Below, piece by piece: positions 11,612-24,167 of a stretch of DNA of 40,219 nt. A program made the position numbers and the translations under genes. The stretch spans positions 65,392 to 105,610 of the forward strand of contig MU006107.1 in the NCBI GenBank assembly GCA_010093705.1, in the 5' to 3' direction. The DNA comes from Patellaria atrata CBS 101060. Its lineage: Eukaryota. Numbering within the stretch: position 1 is the first letter of the stretch; each line of letters opens with the position of its first letter. The notes under the pieces were generated by a model. The model worked only from the letters and a program-made list of their open reading frames with translations. It was not told where the DNA came from and did not search any database.

Positions 11612-12746
11612 CGTGAAATAGATCGGATGGTATGAGTCGTTGAGGTGCGGTACTTGCGGAGCTTTCGAGTGTTGCTACCGCGCCAAACGACCCTCGACGG
11701 ACGAGCCGTGACAGAAGAAATTGGAAAATAGCATAGACTAGGTGATCACTTAGGAAGAGAATTGCGACAATATATAGAGACGAGAGCGCAGTGGGAGCTA
11801 TGGGTTGGTTTCCGAGATTTGGTGCGGGTGGTTGAAGTTCAAGATCGATCTACCATCCCGCTTCGCGCCAAGACCGTTCATAATATGTAGCACTGTCTCA
11901 CATTTGAAGATATGCTATGAGATATCTACCTATGGGCTTGAAATATAGTTGGGAATAATTATAAGACTGCAGTTTGACAAAGTATTCTTTCTTCCGTCAG
12001 GTTTGTCAAGCATCTATCTCATTATTGTGTACTCACGTACCCTAATGGTGCGCAGTACCCTACCCACTCCGTACGTAATAGGTACGAGAACACGGTATCC
12101 CTACCTCTCTAGAATCCATATTGATACGTGCGATGTTGTTGCGTCCCATCGTAGGTAGTTATACTGTGGTACAAATGGATTCCAGAGCTTCCCCTGCCAG
12201 ACAAAGTGTGTTCAATGGTTTTCCGTTCCTATCAAGACCCAGACCATTTGAAACGGACAGTCGTATATCTCCAATAGCCGGGTTTTCAGGGCTATAATAT
12301 CCCATGCTATCTCATTCTCCATCTACTCTCTCTTCATCATTACAAGCCCGTCTGTTGTAGATCCTACTCTTTGTTCGAGGGGGACGGAAGTTGAGACGAC
12401 AGTAATGGTGGTTCACGGAGGTATGGAGGCGGTTGCGCTCCTATTTATGCGTTGTCAAGTAGCTGCAAGGAGTATAATTCAAGGGGAGATATGAGATAGG
12501 GTGCAGATGAAGTCGAGTAAAAGGTCAACACCTCATCTCAGGTTGGTGTTTCCAAGTTGGGATGGACGCCAAGACAACCCTTCCCTTAGATTTCGTGATT
12601 GTCCTTGTTGGTCGCCTTCTCCGCCTTCGAGCTTGAGCCTCTAAACACCAACCCAGTTTCCCCCTCCCCCACGATACCCGTCGCTTCAGTAATCAACTTC
12701 GGATCGATATTGCGACTTGCTTCAAGCATATTACATTCGCAAAGAG

Positions 12747-13341
12747 ATGAGTCGAGGTGGAAAATTAGCCCCAGAAGTTAACCGGTGAGTTCCTATGTCT
12801 TGATTCGTGGCACCTGTCACCGAATACATACTGACATTGCTTGACACCCAGTGCTCTCTTCGTAAAGAACCTAAAGTAAGATATAATCGCGAATATTCAT
12901 CGCGTAGTGCTATCGAAAATATAGTTCACTAACCCCTATGCAGCTTCAACGTCACGACAGAGGAGCTCTTCGAACTCTTTGGCAAGTTCGGCCCTGTCCG
13001 GTATGTCCTTTCGTATATCACTCCGAAACTTCTTACTGATTGATATACGCAGTCAAATACGTCAGGGAATCGCAAACAACACCAAAGGAACCGCCTATGT
13101 CGTCTATGAAGATGTCATGGATGCAAAGCAGGCATGCGATAAGCTAAATGGCTTCAACTTCCAGAATCGCTATCTAGTTGGTGAGCAAAATCCCCAAATG
13201 TTCGATATGTTGATATACGTCATCTAATTTTTTGGTCAAGTTCTTTACCACCAACCTGAGAAGATGCAGAAGGCACAGCAAGATCTCGCAGAGCGTCAAC
13301 AAAATCTAGAAGCTCTCAAGCGCCAACACGGCATCGATTAG
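12747..13341 (+). CDS. SF3B6: Pre-mRNA branch-site protein p14 (SF3b subunit 6, RRM); exons 12747-12784, 12852-12875, 12944-13000, 13053-13180, 13241-13341
   Basis: Spliced translation: [115 protein letters not shown]. All four introns are GT-AG. Confidence 0.95.
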
Positions 13342-13974
13342 CAATTAGAGCGGCCCACAGAACGGCGAGCTGTGGACCAGCGTTCCATCTCAAATCCTAA
13401 TACCGGAATTCCGAAGAATATGAGATCGGGTGGGGCGATTAACGAAGCTCATGACAAATCGCTGCTGACAGTGCATGGTGATACTGTCGATTGTTCTTCC
13501 TCTTCTTCAAAGCAGGCCCAGAATGTGATGTCTCGCTTCTCTTTGGCGGCGTTAAACGGAGTTTATGAAAAGGTCCATCGGAGAGTGGCTACCTGATTGA
13601 TGTCCCTTGATGGACTTTTTAGGATGAAATTGCCGTAGTCTACTATCATGACCAATGGCATTATGGATTATTTATGGCTTATCAGATCAGCTTCGATATG
13701 ACTTCAAATTGGATTTAGCGGTATTGCTGGCTGAACGTGGAAATCGGTATCATTTATCAATAATCATTTGGGTTTATCTTCCCCCTTAACTGAGTGCCCT
13801 AACCTACATGTGAAGATACACCAAACTACCATGCTGAACGATTGTCCTTTGACCCCACGAAAGATTTACTTTGTTGCCAGCGTGAATATCGTTCCCCTGC
13901 TAAGGTTAGCCTTTATCATCCCTCAGTCTCGGATCCTGTTCCTACAATATATCATTGAGAGCCTCACAGTATAG

Positions 13975-14700
13975 AACTCCTAACCCAGACATCCCTCCAA
14001 TCTCCACATCGACCCCACATTCCTCATAAAGCAGCGGATAACCTACATTCTCACACGTAAGGCCCATAACAGCTCCCTCTCGCAAAACCAGAACGCACTC
14101 CCCTTACAATTCCCTCGCTCCCACAATTTCTATTCCTCTATGGCTTTGTTGACTCAGTATGCGCAGGAAGGTAGCTATAACACAAAGCAACCTTCTGCTC
14201 CATCCCATTTAAATCCCCATCTATGCTATTGATTCTTCCCCCATTCCGCGAGATACAAGTGACAGAAAAAATGCCGCAAAACCCCAACCGCATCCCCCCG
14301 ACAACCCTCCCTATCCTCACACAAACAGGCACAAACACCTCCCCCCCAATCCAGAAATATACCCAAGTTCATATTCGCCCCGCAGCGCCCACATCCCCGT
14401 TTCGCCGTGGTGCAGTCGTGTTGACTTTCCTTTGTCGGTTATCCTATCCTATCCTTAATTTCCTTCACTCTGGTCCGCATCCCGTCGACGCTGACTTCTT
14501 CGCTACGGCGGAACGTTATTTTTTATTTCTTTTGGGATTTTGGGATTTGCTGGCGGGAGTTCTTCGTGTAGGAATGGGAGGGGGAAGGGGAGGGGGGCTT
14601 TTGGGTGGGTCTTGTGGTTTCTGGGGGTTATCGGTTGGGTTGGGAGGTGCGGGATATATTTATGTGGATGTGGAGGAGTGGAGGACGAGTTGAGGGCCGC
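13975..14700 (-). pseudogene. Possible decayed or orphan transcription unit, no recognisable family
   Basis: The minus strand goes from C-rich (5') to G-rich (3') like several real genes in this window, but all frames are broken by stops. Fragments are Pro-rich then Cys/Gly-rich. Confidence 0.25.
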
Positions 14701-17700
14701 AGGTAGATTCTATGGGTTCAGTCGTATCGGAGTAAAACATAAATGAAGTTTCCATGATAAGGTCGAAAAGGACGCAGGCCATGTACGGCACGATGAGTGT
14801 ACTAGCATGTATGTCTACGCTGCGTATAAGAATTCCGCAGTGTGACTCTTCCGGTGAACATAAAGTAGGTTTCACGTCGGAAACTGGAAATCGGGGAATA
14901 CGTGATGCTTATCGAGCGGTTTACATAGGTTAGGTTTCAGTACAGCTTCTTCGAGTTTGAGTGCAGTGGTATAATACTCTGAGGCAGAAAGTTTCATAAT
15001 ACCGGTGATAAGGCCGGTGTCGAAACATACTCCGCGGATAGAGTACTACGATTCACGAGACAGTCATCTTCGGAATCTGGAAGGGATTTGATTCAGGCGA
15101 GGTTTCATGGTTTTGGCTGTATTTGTCTTAGGGGATAGAGGAGCTTGCGCCTCCGTCGAGAATAAAATAACAGAATGAAGATGGGGAATCTCTTTCGGTA
15201 GATCACGACACAGATTCGCGGGCAAATATGTTTTTTGTAAAGAGTGCGAGAAAAAGGCCTGGAGACGAGTCTATCCACCACCGAAAAGAAGAAATAGGTG
15301 GGGCCAGGAAAGGACAAGGAACGCTCTTTGATTATTTTACTCAAATTATGTCTGGAGAGGTATACACGCTCTCAAGAAGACCCTCGACGGACAAGGTACC
15401 AACACAGAAATTCAGGAGAGCGCCATCAAGAAGTCCAGAAGAACTCATCAAGGGTCAAAGAGCGGCATTTGAGCGCGCATGAACAACCTTGGAAAGGTTA
15501 CAAGGAAGCCCGAAGCGTTCATAGAAAGTCTCAAAGGCCTCCTAACTGGAACTCCAACACTTTTGAAAGGGTTCCGACCCTCCACAAGAATGACCTAAGT
15601 GTCCAGGAGAACGTAGCAAGAGCCCAGGGACCATACAAGCAGCTTTCCAATCAGCAAGTTGTAGCAGAGGACCTTTTACACCGGGAATAGATCCTCGTAG
15701 CCTTCGAAGGGTTGTCAAAAGACATTCAGATAACCCTAGAGGAAGCTGAAGACGATATACTGTGGTACCTTAATCCATAACCAAAATTAACATGGAGAAT
15801 CTACGAGTTTTGTTGGGTTGATACTATGAGAATCTCGACTGAGTACATACATTACTTCTAATCGTCGTCAATGTACTGGGAGGACCACTTTGAGTTTCTA
15901 TTCAGGCGGATTACAATCTTGAATGAGCTGGTAGTATTCGATATAGAAAAAGCGAAGAGAGACTGGAAAGCCATGATGATAAAATGGTTGGAGATAAGAT
16001 AACAGACCAGGAAGAGCTTGAATTACATGCTAGAGGCCATCCATGATGCCGGGAAGAAAGTGGTCATCGTTATAGAAGGAAGACAAGAAGAGACGTTGAT
16101 AACATTGGCTAACTGCGGACCAAAATTTGATATATGAATTCTGCAGAACGGGACGCGATATTCCGAAGATCATAATTGGATTGATAACTTCTTTAATGCT
16201 ACTAAGATTCCGGCATTTAAAGTCGCTTTCCTTGCAGGCGGGAGTGAACCGGTTGCTTCGGTAATGAAGCGAGGATTGTTCTCCATGGAGTATAACAGAG
16301 GGTATGACGTTGGACTCGTTATTCACGAACTCAAGCATAACGTAGGTCCTCCTGTTTGGTGGTGGGTTTCGACTCCTTAGGATTTTTTACGGATGTTTTT
16401 TTCGTCAACCACAAGGGATCCATAGGAACTACGAGGGACTCTGTGTGTTCACAATAGGCCTCCTGTATATTTTGTCCCCCTAGAATATTTCCTAGTTTGT
16501 TGTACCCCTACGACCGCCTTAGTTCCAAACCACAGTTCGCTTCCTCTTTAAGTTGTCTTTGGTACGACTGTACCGGAAAAGCTGAAACGTACTAGGGCTT
16601 GTAGTTGTATAACCAATTTTACGGTATAAATATTTATTGTATGATACTTCGGACTTAGAAACTCACCTGTATGTAAATGTTGAGCAAGCGTACAGAGATG
16701 TAGGAAATAAAATCGTGACAGGGAAGAGGATTCCCTCAACTTAGTTATTTGATACGAAGAGTACAGAAACCAATGCAGATCTTTTACACAGAATCCATTA
16801 ATCGGACATAGACTTTACGGTACCGTAAGCAGCGCGTTGTGCAGCGTCTGAATGATATAATATTTAAAGACTGCTCGTTGTGGTCAGGATAATGATGCTT
16901 CAAATAGCGGATAAATTAGGGGCTGGTAGAGACAGCCGCGTACGAATTGCCCAAATAGAAGAGGATAAAGAAGAATATATGAACAACTGTCCAGAGAGTA
17001 GGTGGTAGCGGAAATTATAGCGTCCAGATAACACAAATATGAATACTTAATATCGAAAAGAGAGATCCATACTTGACACAACTTCAAGTCACTGGGATAC
17101 TAGATTCGATGTCATGGTCCTCCGTACATGGGAATTTCAGTTTTCTTTCTATTCCTCTACTACTAACAAGGCTACATCGGACTTCTGGTCATCAAAGATC
17201 CAATATCGTACGGGAGGAACGGTTCATCGGCGGACGGTTCATCAATAGCAAACCGGATCTCGAGAACGACGCCATGATTATCCGGTAAAGTCCATACATT
17301 TTTAGAGTAAATAGTTCTAGAGATGAAATTGAGTCCTGATAAATGGTGGCGTATGTGTAAGTGAAGAAAGCCCGCATGCTGGGTTTCTGGAAGCTTAATA
17401 GGTGAAAATATTTGTTTCAGGATAATGAATGCTCAGAAGAACGGGAGTATAGGTATTCTGTCCCCAGACTTCCGCACTCTAGATGTAGCAGCGGTCGTAT
17501 GCAACAAGAAACTTCTATCACACGGCCGACAAATGATATTCTGATGGCAAACCAGGTCCGAGGCCTTGCAGGTACTGCTGCAGTGCTTGGGAATCTGCAG
17601 AAGATCCAACAGGTCAAGCGAAGAGCTTTATCCGACCATTACCAGAAGGCCAAGTAGACATGCAAGACAGTTCTGACAGAATTCTACTGTTTTGAGTTGA

Positions 17701-20091
17701 TTTTAACAATGAAGTAATATTTCGTGCATCGAATGGCTGGCCAGACCTCTGGGGGTTGAACCTGTATCATTATTTGATATCGTGGAGTCGTAGGGAAGTC
17801 GTCCAGCACTCTAGCATGAAGAATCGGAGTTCTTTTGGGTCTTGACGAGTCAGCGGTCTTGCCAGATGCGAGCTGTACTCATCTCTTCATCTCCATGCAT
17901 TCCCTTTTCGTGCCATATCACCCGATCCACCCCACGAAAGAGGCGTATCTCCGCACGTAGATAACCCTTTATACAGTCGACAAGCTGGCCATTATTCGCA
18001 AAGTGATCTGGTTAGGTTTACGGATGGCATCTTACGGTACCGTCACATACAGTATTTGAAGCCGATCATCACCCGATCCCTTTAATATCCCCTTTAGCTA
18101 AAGTTTAAACTCCTGAAGATCTTTAATCAATAGTCGACTTAACTTTAAGAATTGTCAATTATTACGGATAGTCAACACTTGACAAGTCAGTCCAACATAA
18201 CATCTCGGGACCTCACCTCCCACAGTCTGAATTTGAATTCTGTACATATCAAATACTGTATGTAGACAGACAGACTCTGGCTTCAGCATCGGAACGGAAA
18301 ACGTGTGAGAAACAGAGGCTTACGCCGGTTTCGCTATTTCGTGACCCTCCACTTTCCACTGCTGGCCAGTAGTTACGCGTTAGGCAGTCTTGAATTTCTC
18401 AAACTCCCTCCACAGAGCCGACGCGCTCGGACGTTATTCAACGCCTCAGGTGCAGATTTTGGTTAGCCGTTGGTTGGCTGCGGGATCGAGGACAAGGTCT
18501 GATCAAGGGGAGTTGGGCACTGTTAACTGTTCAACCAGACTTTTGAGCCCTTTCGTCTAGCCTTATCCTAACTTGAGATGAGTAATTGAGTGGTCGAAAT
18601 AAAATCTCTCTCCTATCTTAAAGGGAAATTCTTCCCTTTGGAGTGTTTTGGGCCGAATTCAGGGGTGCTAATTGGTGTATATCCCTCAATGTCCTGGTCC
18701 ACTGAGGCTCTCTAATTGGGATTCCAGGTTAACGGGTGGGACGGGGTGCACGTATCAAGTACAGGCTCGACCTATCCTTGATAACAGCACAAGTGTCATT
18801 TTCTTAGTTCTTACAGAGTAGCTCTCGGTGCTCCATCAACTCATCAAGCACATGCAACGATGCACACGCGATGCAATCCCGTCACTCCCCAAATTCCCAT
18901 GGAGAAAGGTCCAAGTGCCCCTTATGAGCTAGGAGGCCAACATAAATTTCTTTTGCATATTTTTTGTGTCTCTACGCGTCTTTCGATTCGTTGCTAACGC
19001 TTATCCCGGACGCCAGTATTCCGAATTCTTTACTCTTTTCGTTTCCCCTTGTAGGAATAGTTAGGATTTGGTAGAGGGTCCTTCGGTGTGAACGACGGGG
19101 AACCTACCTAGCCAGTCAGTTTAGAATCAAACCCATGTTTTGAACTTCTTTGAATAATTACCTACGTCGATCACTGTAGAACTAAAGGCAGTGTGCAAGA
19201 CTGCATGTGCAACTGTGCAAGTGCAACGACGCCGTGGACGCCAGCTGGGTTGTTCGATCACGCTCCTTCTTCTGTCACAGCCTTCTCGTCCGTTTCCATC
19301 GTGTATATCGAAAAGTTTAGAACGCGCAAGTCGCGGTCACCTTCGTTCTTTGACGTGTTGCCCTTTCAGCTGCTTCCCCCCGCCAGCAGTGCTGTTATTT
19401 ACATTGCATACATTCTCCTCTTTCAATCTTCGTCCTTTTGTCCCGTCGGGGTTATCAGTACGTGCATTAACGTGCAGCCTAATTTGTATACCAGGTCACA
19501 GCTTCTGAAACAGAAAGCTCGTCCAAGTGGTCACGGTCAAGCCAGGTGCGTTTTTGCAGGAGAAATCCATTCTTTGAGTTGTACGTGTGTTCGACTGCAG
19601 TCACCTCAATTCACTCAATTGATATATCATGAGCTAAAATATTTGACGTACGCAGGTAGCAGCTTCCCGTCCCGTCAATCCCACAATTGAGCGTGGTTGC
19701 GCCTTCCGAATAAGACGTGTGGCCTTGAATTTCCCCAATATTGAATCGAGCAGGTGCGAGTCTCCACAACAGACCTTCAAAAGTTACACGAACACGGAAC
19801 GTCACCCTCGTGCCTCTATGAGTTACACATAAGTTTTCGACCTACGGTAGCACCTCATGGATGAGGGGCTGAGTTTCTATTGCCAGGACTAAAGGTGAAT
19901 ACATCACACCTCCTCAAAAGCTATATCAGTAGAAGGTGCTTAATATGACGGCCTGGAAAGCATGCTAATTGGTCTAATCGTGTTAGAAGAGCGATGAGTC
20001 GAGAAGATTTGTGGCTATATCTCAACTATTCTGAGATTTAATTACGGTAGTGTCGACGCCAGCTGCATCTGCGGTACTACTAGAATCAATC

Positions 20092-23000
20092 ATGGCTGCC
20101 GATTATTTCCAAGACCAGTCGGTCTTCTCCTCGCTCCACGACCCATCTGCGTCTCCGAATCTTTCCTTTCATACTCCAATGGTGTCGTCCTCACGGCGTT
20201 CCTCGAGGCATGGGCTCTCCTCATCACCGGCATCTGAACAGATGCAACCTGAAACCACACAAAATGACGAGAATATATCTGTACTTGACCCTCGGAGATT
20301 CACCCCTACATTGCACGCCAATCTAGTCTCGGAGATTCTCTCACTTCGACGTGAGCTCGACTCAAAGCATGTTCTGATTGAGGACCTCGAAACCAACTTG
20401 CACAGCACCAAATTGGAGAATGATGATCTGAATAAGCAATTGTCGCAAAGCACCAAAGAGAATAAGTCCGCCAGGCTTCAGATGCAACAGCTAGAAACCG
20501 AAACACTAGCGGCATTAGAGGAATTGGCAAAAGAACGTGACGATATTAACAACGTCAATTCCGAGCTGAAAGACAAGCTGGAGACGGCTCAAAACAAAAT
20601 CCGAAGCTTAGACGAAGATTCAGGCCGCACCCAAAACATATGGGAAAAGGACAAGGATAAGTGGGACCGTGAAAAGCGTCAATTAGAGCGACGAGTTCAT
20701 GTGACTGAAAGCAGGTTGAAGATGGTTTTGGAGGAGTTGGCTGCGCAACAGGCGCTTCAAGAGCACGGAATTGGTAGTGAGGGAGAAGACAATACTCACG
20801 ATAGCGGGCTCGGGAACGAGAGTGACACCAATAGTATTCGTTCAATGAGTCGTAGGGGCTCAGGGAGTCGGAATGGACGACATACTAGGAACATGAGCAA
20901 TAGTAGTGTCAAGAGCATAGGTCGACTGTATAGACATTCGCACCTTACGGGGTCCATTTCCGAGGCGCCTGAAAGATTCAACGGGCAAAGTCTTGCAGAT
21001 GAGTTGAGGTTCGACGAAGAAGATGAGGAATTGGAAGAGTTGGAGCTCGATTCTGACGACTTTCCGGAACACGAAATGCGAGCTATACGAGCCCTGGAAT
21101 CGCGGCAATCGAATTATCAGGATGAAAAAGCAAAACGGATACTTGGCCTGATGCACGACAAATCTCAAACCAACAACTCTATTGAGGAGGAGAGATCTAA
21201 AAGCACTGAGACTACTATGACTCGTGACGAAGCAGTGGTTTCCAGGCAGGCGGTTATCAAAGACTACGTTGACAGTAGTAGTCAGTACTCACCGCCACCA
21301 TCCCCACAACTATCTCCCGAGCAAAAAGAATCATTGCGAAGTTACGAGCAGACTGCGCTTGCAATGATGGAAGTTGAGGCAAACCAAAGGCGAAAACGGA
21401 TCGCTGCCGCTCCTTTTGGTAATATCAGGCATGCATCTCCTCCACGTCCTCCGAAGACTGGCCCACCTATGGTCTCCGCAGCATCTCAGACAGTGGAAGA
21501 GCCGTTGAGTCCTCCGGCGACCCCAAAGCCCTTCGTCTCTAGCCCACCTTCTGCGCCTCTGTCGGATGAACCCAAACCTAGTTTCTGTTCGGTTTCAACT
21601 CAAACAGATATCTCAGAGCATAAAACGGTACCGGAGAATAAAAACACCCCTCCTATGACTCCCACACGAGCTCCACCACCAATTCCTATAAACATTCCGT
21701 CTATTGCGATACACCCGCCACTTTCCGCACCTCCCTCGCCGGGAGAGGCTATTTTGCCACCGGGAACGAAGAACGCAAGTTGTCAGACATCCTCTGAATT
21801 ACTTCCTGTGAAGCCGATGAGGTCAATTGCAGTACAAACAGAGGAAATTCGTGTCGACAGACGTCTAGCTAAACTACCACCACACCTTTTGCCTTCCGCT
21901 ATATCGTCTATACCACCAACCCCCACCTCTGAGCTGAAAACCAGTCCTAAAGAGTTAGGTAAATCGAAGGTCTCAGATAGCGCTCTAAAGAAGAGTCCAA
22001 TCATGCGATTGACTCAGGATATACCGTCTTCACCCCCCGTGATACCGAAATCAGTGCTTGGAGATATTGAAGATGTATACCCTGGAAATAATGATAATGG
22101 CCCACTGTCAAGGCACATAAATGATACTATAAGGCGTCCCTTCCGGACTAGTAGCCTCTTCGCTGGTTTTGATGGTCCCAGTTCCGACGAAGAAGATCAA
22201 GCAGAGGATCCTGATTTGAGTGACGAGGAGTATCGAGCAGCACCCCCTATTCCGCCGATGGCTTCAAGCCGAGGACTAAAGCATTCACGGGGATTTGCGA
22301 ATCCTCCTACACCAGTTCCCGAGGAGAAGGAGGTATCACCAAATCCTCGGCAGTTCGACGGAAAACAAAAGGTCTTGGGGCCAGCTCCAACGTTCAACAG
22401 TGATCGGCGCTCATTTGATAAGCCAGACAGAGAATCATTTGAGAGACCTGGGAGAAATTCGTTCGATAAACCCGCAAAAGTTGCAAAGCCCTTGAGGATA
22501 TCTACCACAGCCCGTCAGCCAAGCGTACGGCGTACGGCCTTGATCCAAAGTGGAGCCGTAGCACATCTCCAGCATCGCTCACGTAGTCCAAGCTTGGGTA
22601 GCGTAGAGTCTAGCAATGTTAACAGCCTCGCACCAAAGCCTCCATTCCCGGTTCCAACAAGGTCAAGTTCACGAAGGGTACCAGTAAGCAAGAGTGAAGG
22701 ATCCTACAGCCCTACGCCACGAGGAGGTGGAACATTTCGCGGGGGACGTCCTAATAGGGGAGCTAGACACTCTAGGCAAGACAGTCTGCGCAAAGTGCGC
22801 TCCGCTGTAGTGATTCCACGCACTGTCCGTCAACGTAGTCGATCGCCCCCACTTCCTTCACCACTATCACCTCTGTCACCAGAGAGCCCTCAATTACCGC
22901 CTCTGCCAAAAGACAGCATTACTTCTTCACATTATGTCCACACTTCCCAACGCATCGGTCATCGTTCCCAACCAAGTACGAATACCTCTAATACAGGCCA

Positions 23001-24167
23001 GGCTTCAGTTAACAGTGCTGGTTCTACTAGCGTCGTTGACGCGATTGCTGCCACGATGGTCGGAGAATGGATGTGGAAGTATGTTCGAAGGCGAAAGTCT
23101 TTCGGTGTACCTGATTCACCGCAAGATTTCGGTAGAACAGGGGAGGATGGTTCTGTCAATGTTACCGGCAGTGGTGTGCGACATAAGAGATGGGTCTGGT
23201 TATCACCATACGAACGATCTGTCATGTGGAGTAGCAAGCAACCTACGTCTGGCAGCGCCTTACTGGGCAAGACAGGACGAAAGCGTAAGTCATATCATGA
23301 ACCATTCATTACGTCTCTAATAATTTCGCAGTCACCATCCAGTCTGTGCTAGACGTGAAGGACGACACACCATTCCCTAAAGGCACTACGAATCAGCAAA
23401 TCTTCAACCGTTCTATCTTGATCCTCACTCCTGCTCGCGCTTTGAAATTCACAGCAGTTTCGCGAGAACGGCACTATCTTTGGCTCAAAGCACTCTCTTT
23501 CTTAGCTCAAGCTGCTCCAGAATTAGATGCCTTGCCTCCACCCATACCGCCACCGGAACACGAAATACCATCCCGTAGTCAAGGTGCATCACTCCGTCGA
23601 GCTCCAATCCGGGACTCAGTCCGTCTCGCCAAGGACAAGAGGGCTCCTTCACTACGCCACTATAGCAGTCGAGCTGACACCATTCAAGAAGGTTATGTGG
23701 ACAACAATTTCCCTGAGCCCGTCGTGGATGCTGCTGAACCTCCTACTGTGCCACGTTTCGGTGGTCATGGTCGAAAGCGGAGCATGACCCAACCGCGCAT
23801 GCCACAGCCCCCACTCCCCTTCCGCAGCTTCTCGCATAACCAGGTCCCTTCAGTCGTTTCAAACGGATCCAGCGATATTTATGCCCCTCCATCGGTCCCA
23901 TCTTCACTGTACAACGGCAGCAGTGCCTTTCCCGCCTCTTCAACTCGAACATCGGAAGCAAGCAGCGCAGCAAGACCCAACTTCTTCGACGCCGTCGGAA
24001 CAGTGAGGATGGAGGCCTTCGTCGAGTCGAGGTATTCGGAGGAATCGGGACCCAGGAAACCACCGAGACGAAGGAACAGCCAGTTCAGCGGCATCTCGGA
24101 TCCCAACCGTGGTGGCGGAGTTTACGAAACCGCGTTCCTGGACTTCGATCCGTTCAAAGGTTTCTAA
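20092..24167 (+). CDS. Coiled-coil + Mcp5/Num1-type PH-domain cortical protein (ApsA/Num1 family or paralog); exons 20092-23284, 23332-24167
   Basis: N-terminal ISVLDPRRFTPTLHANLVSEILSLRR followed by a long coiled coil and a Pro/Ser-rich middle. C-terminal PH domain VVDAIAATMVGEWMWKYVRRRK...RHKRWVWLSPYERSVMWS...KLTIQSVLDVKDD...SILILTPARALKFTA...HYLW. Intron 23285-23331 is GTAAGT...CTAAT...CAG. Confidence 0.85.

Noticed and set aside
12747..13341. Functional link between the branch-site protein p14 gene and the AT-AC intron
   Set aside because: The two are about 16 kb apart with unrelated genes between. Proximity is not evidence in a eukaryotic genome.
19191..19690. 105-aa and 165-aa ORFs upstream of the PH-domain gene
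   Set aside because: Non-ATG starts, no family motifs, and UTR-like composition.
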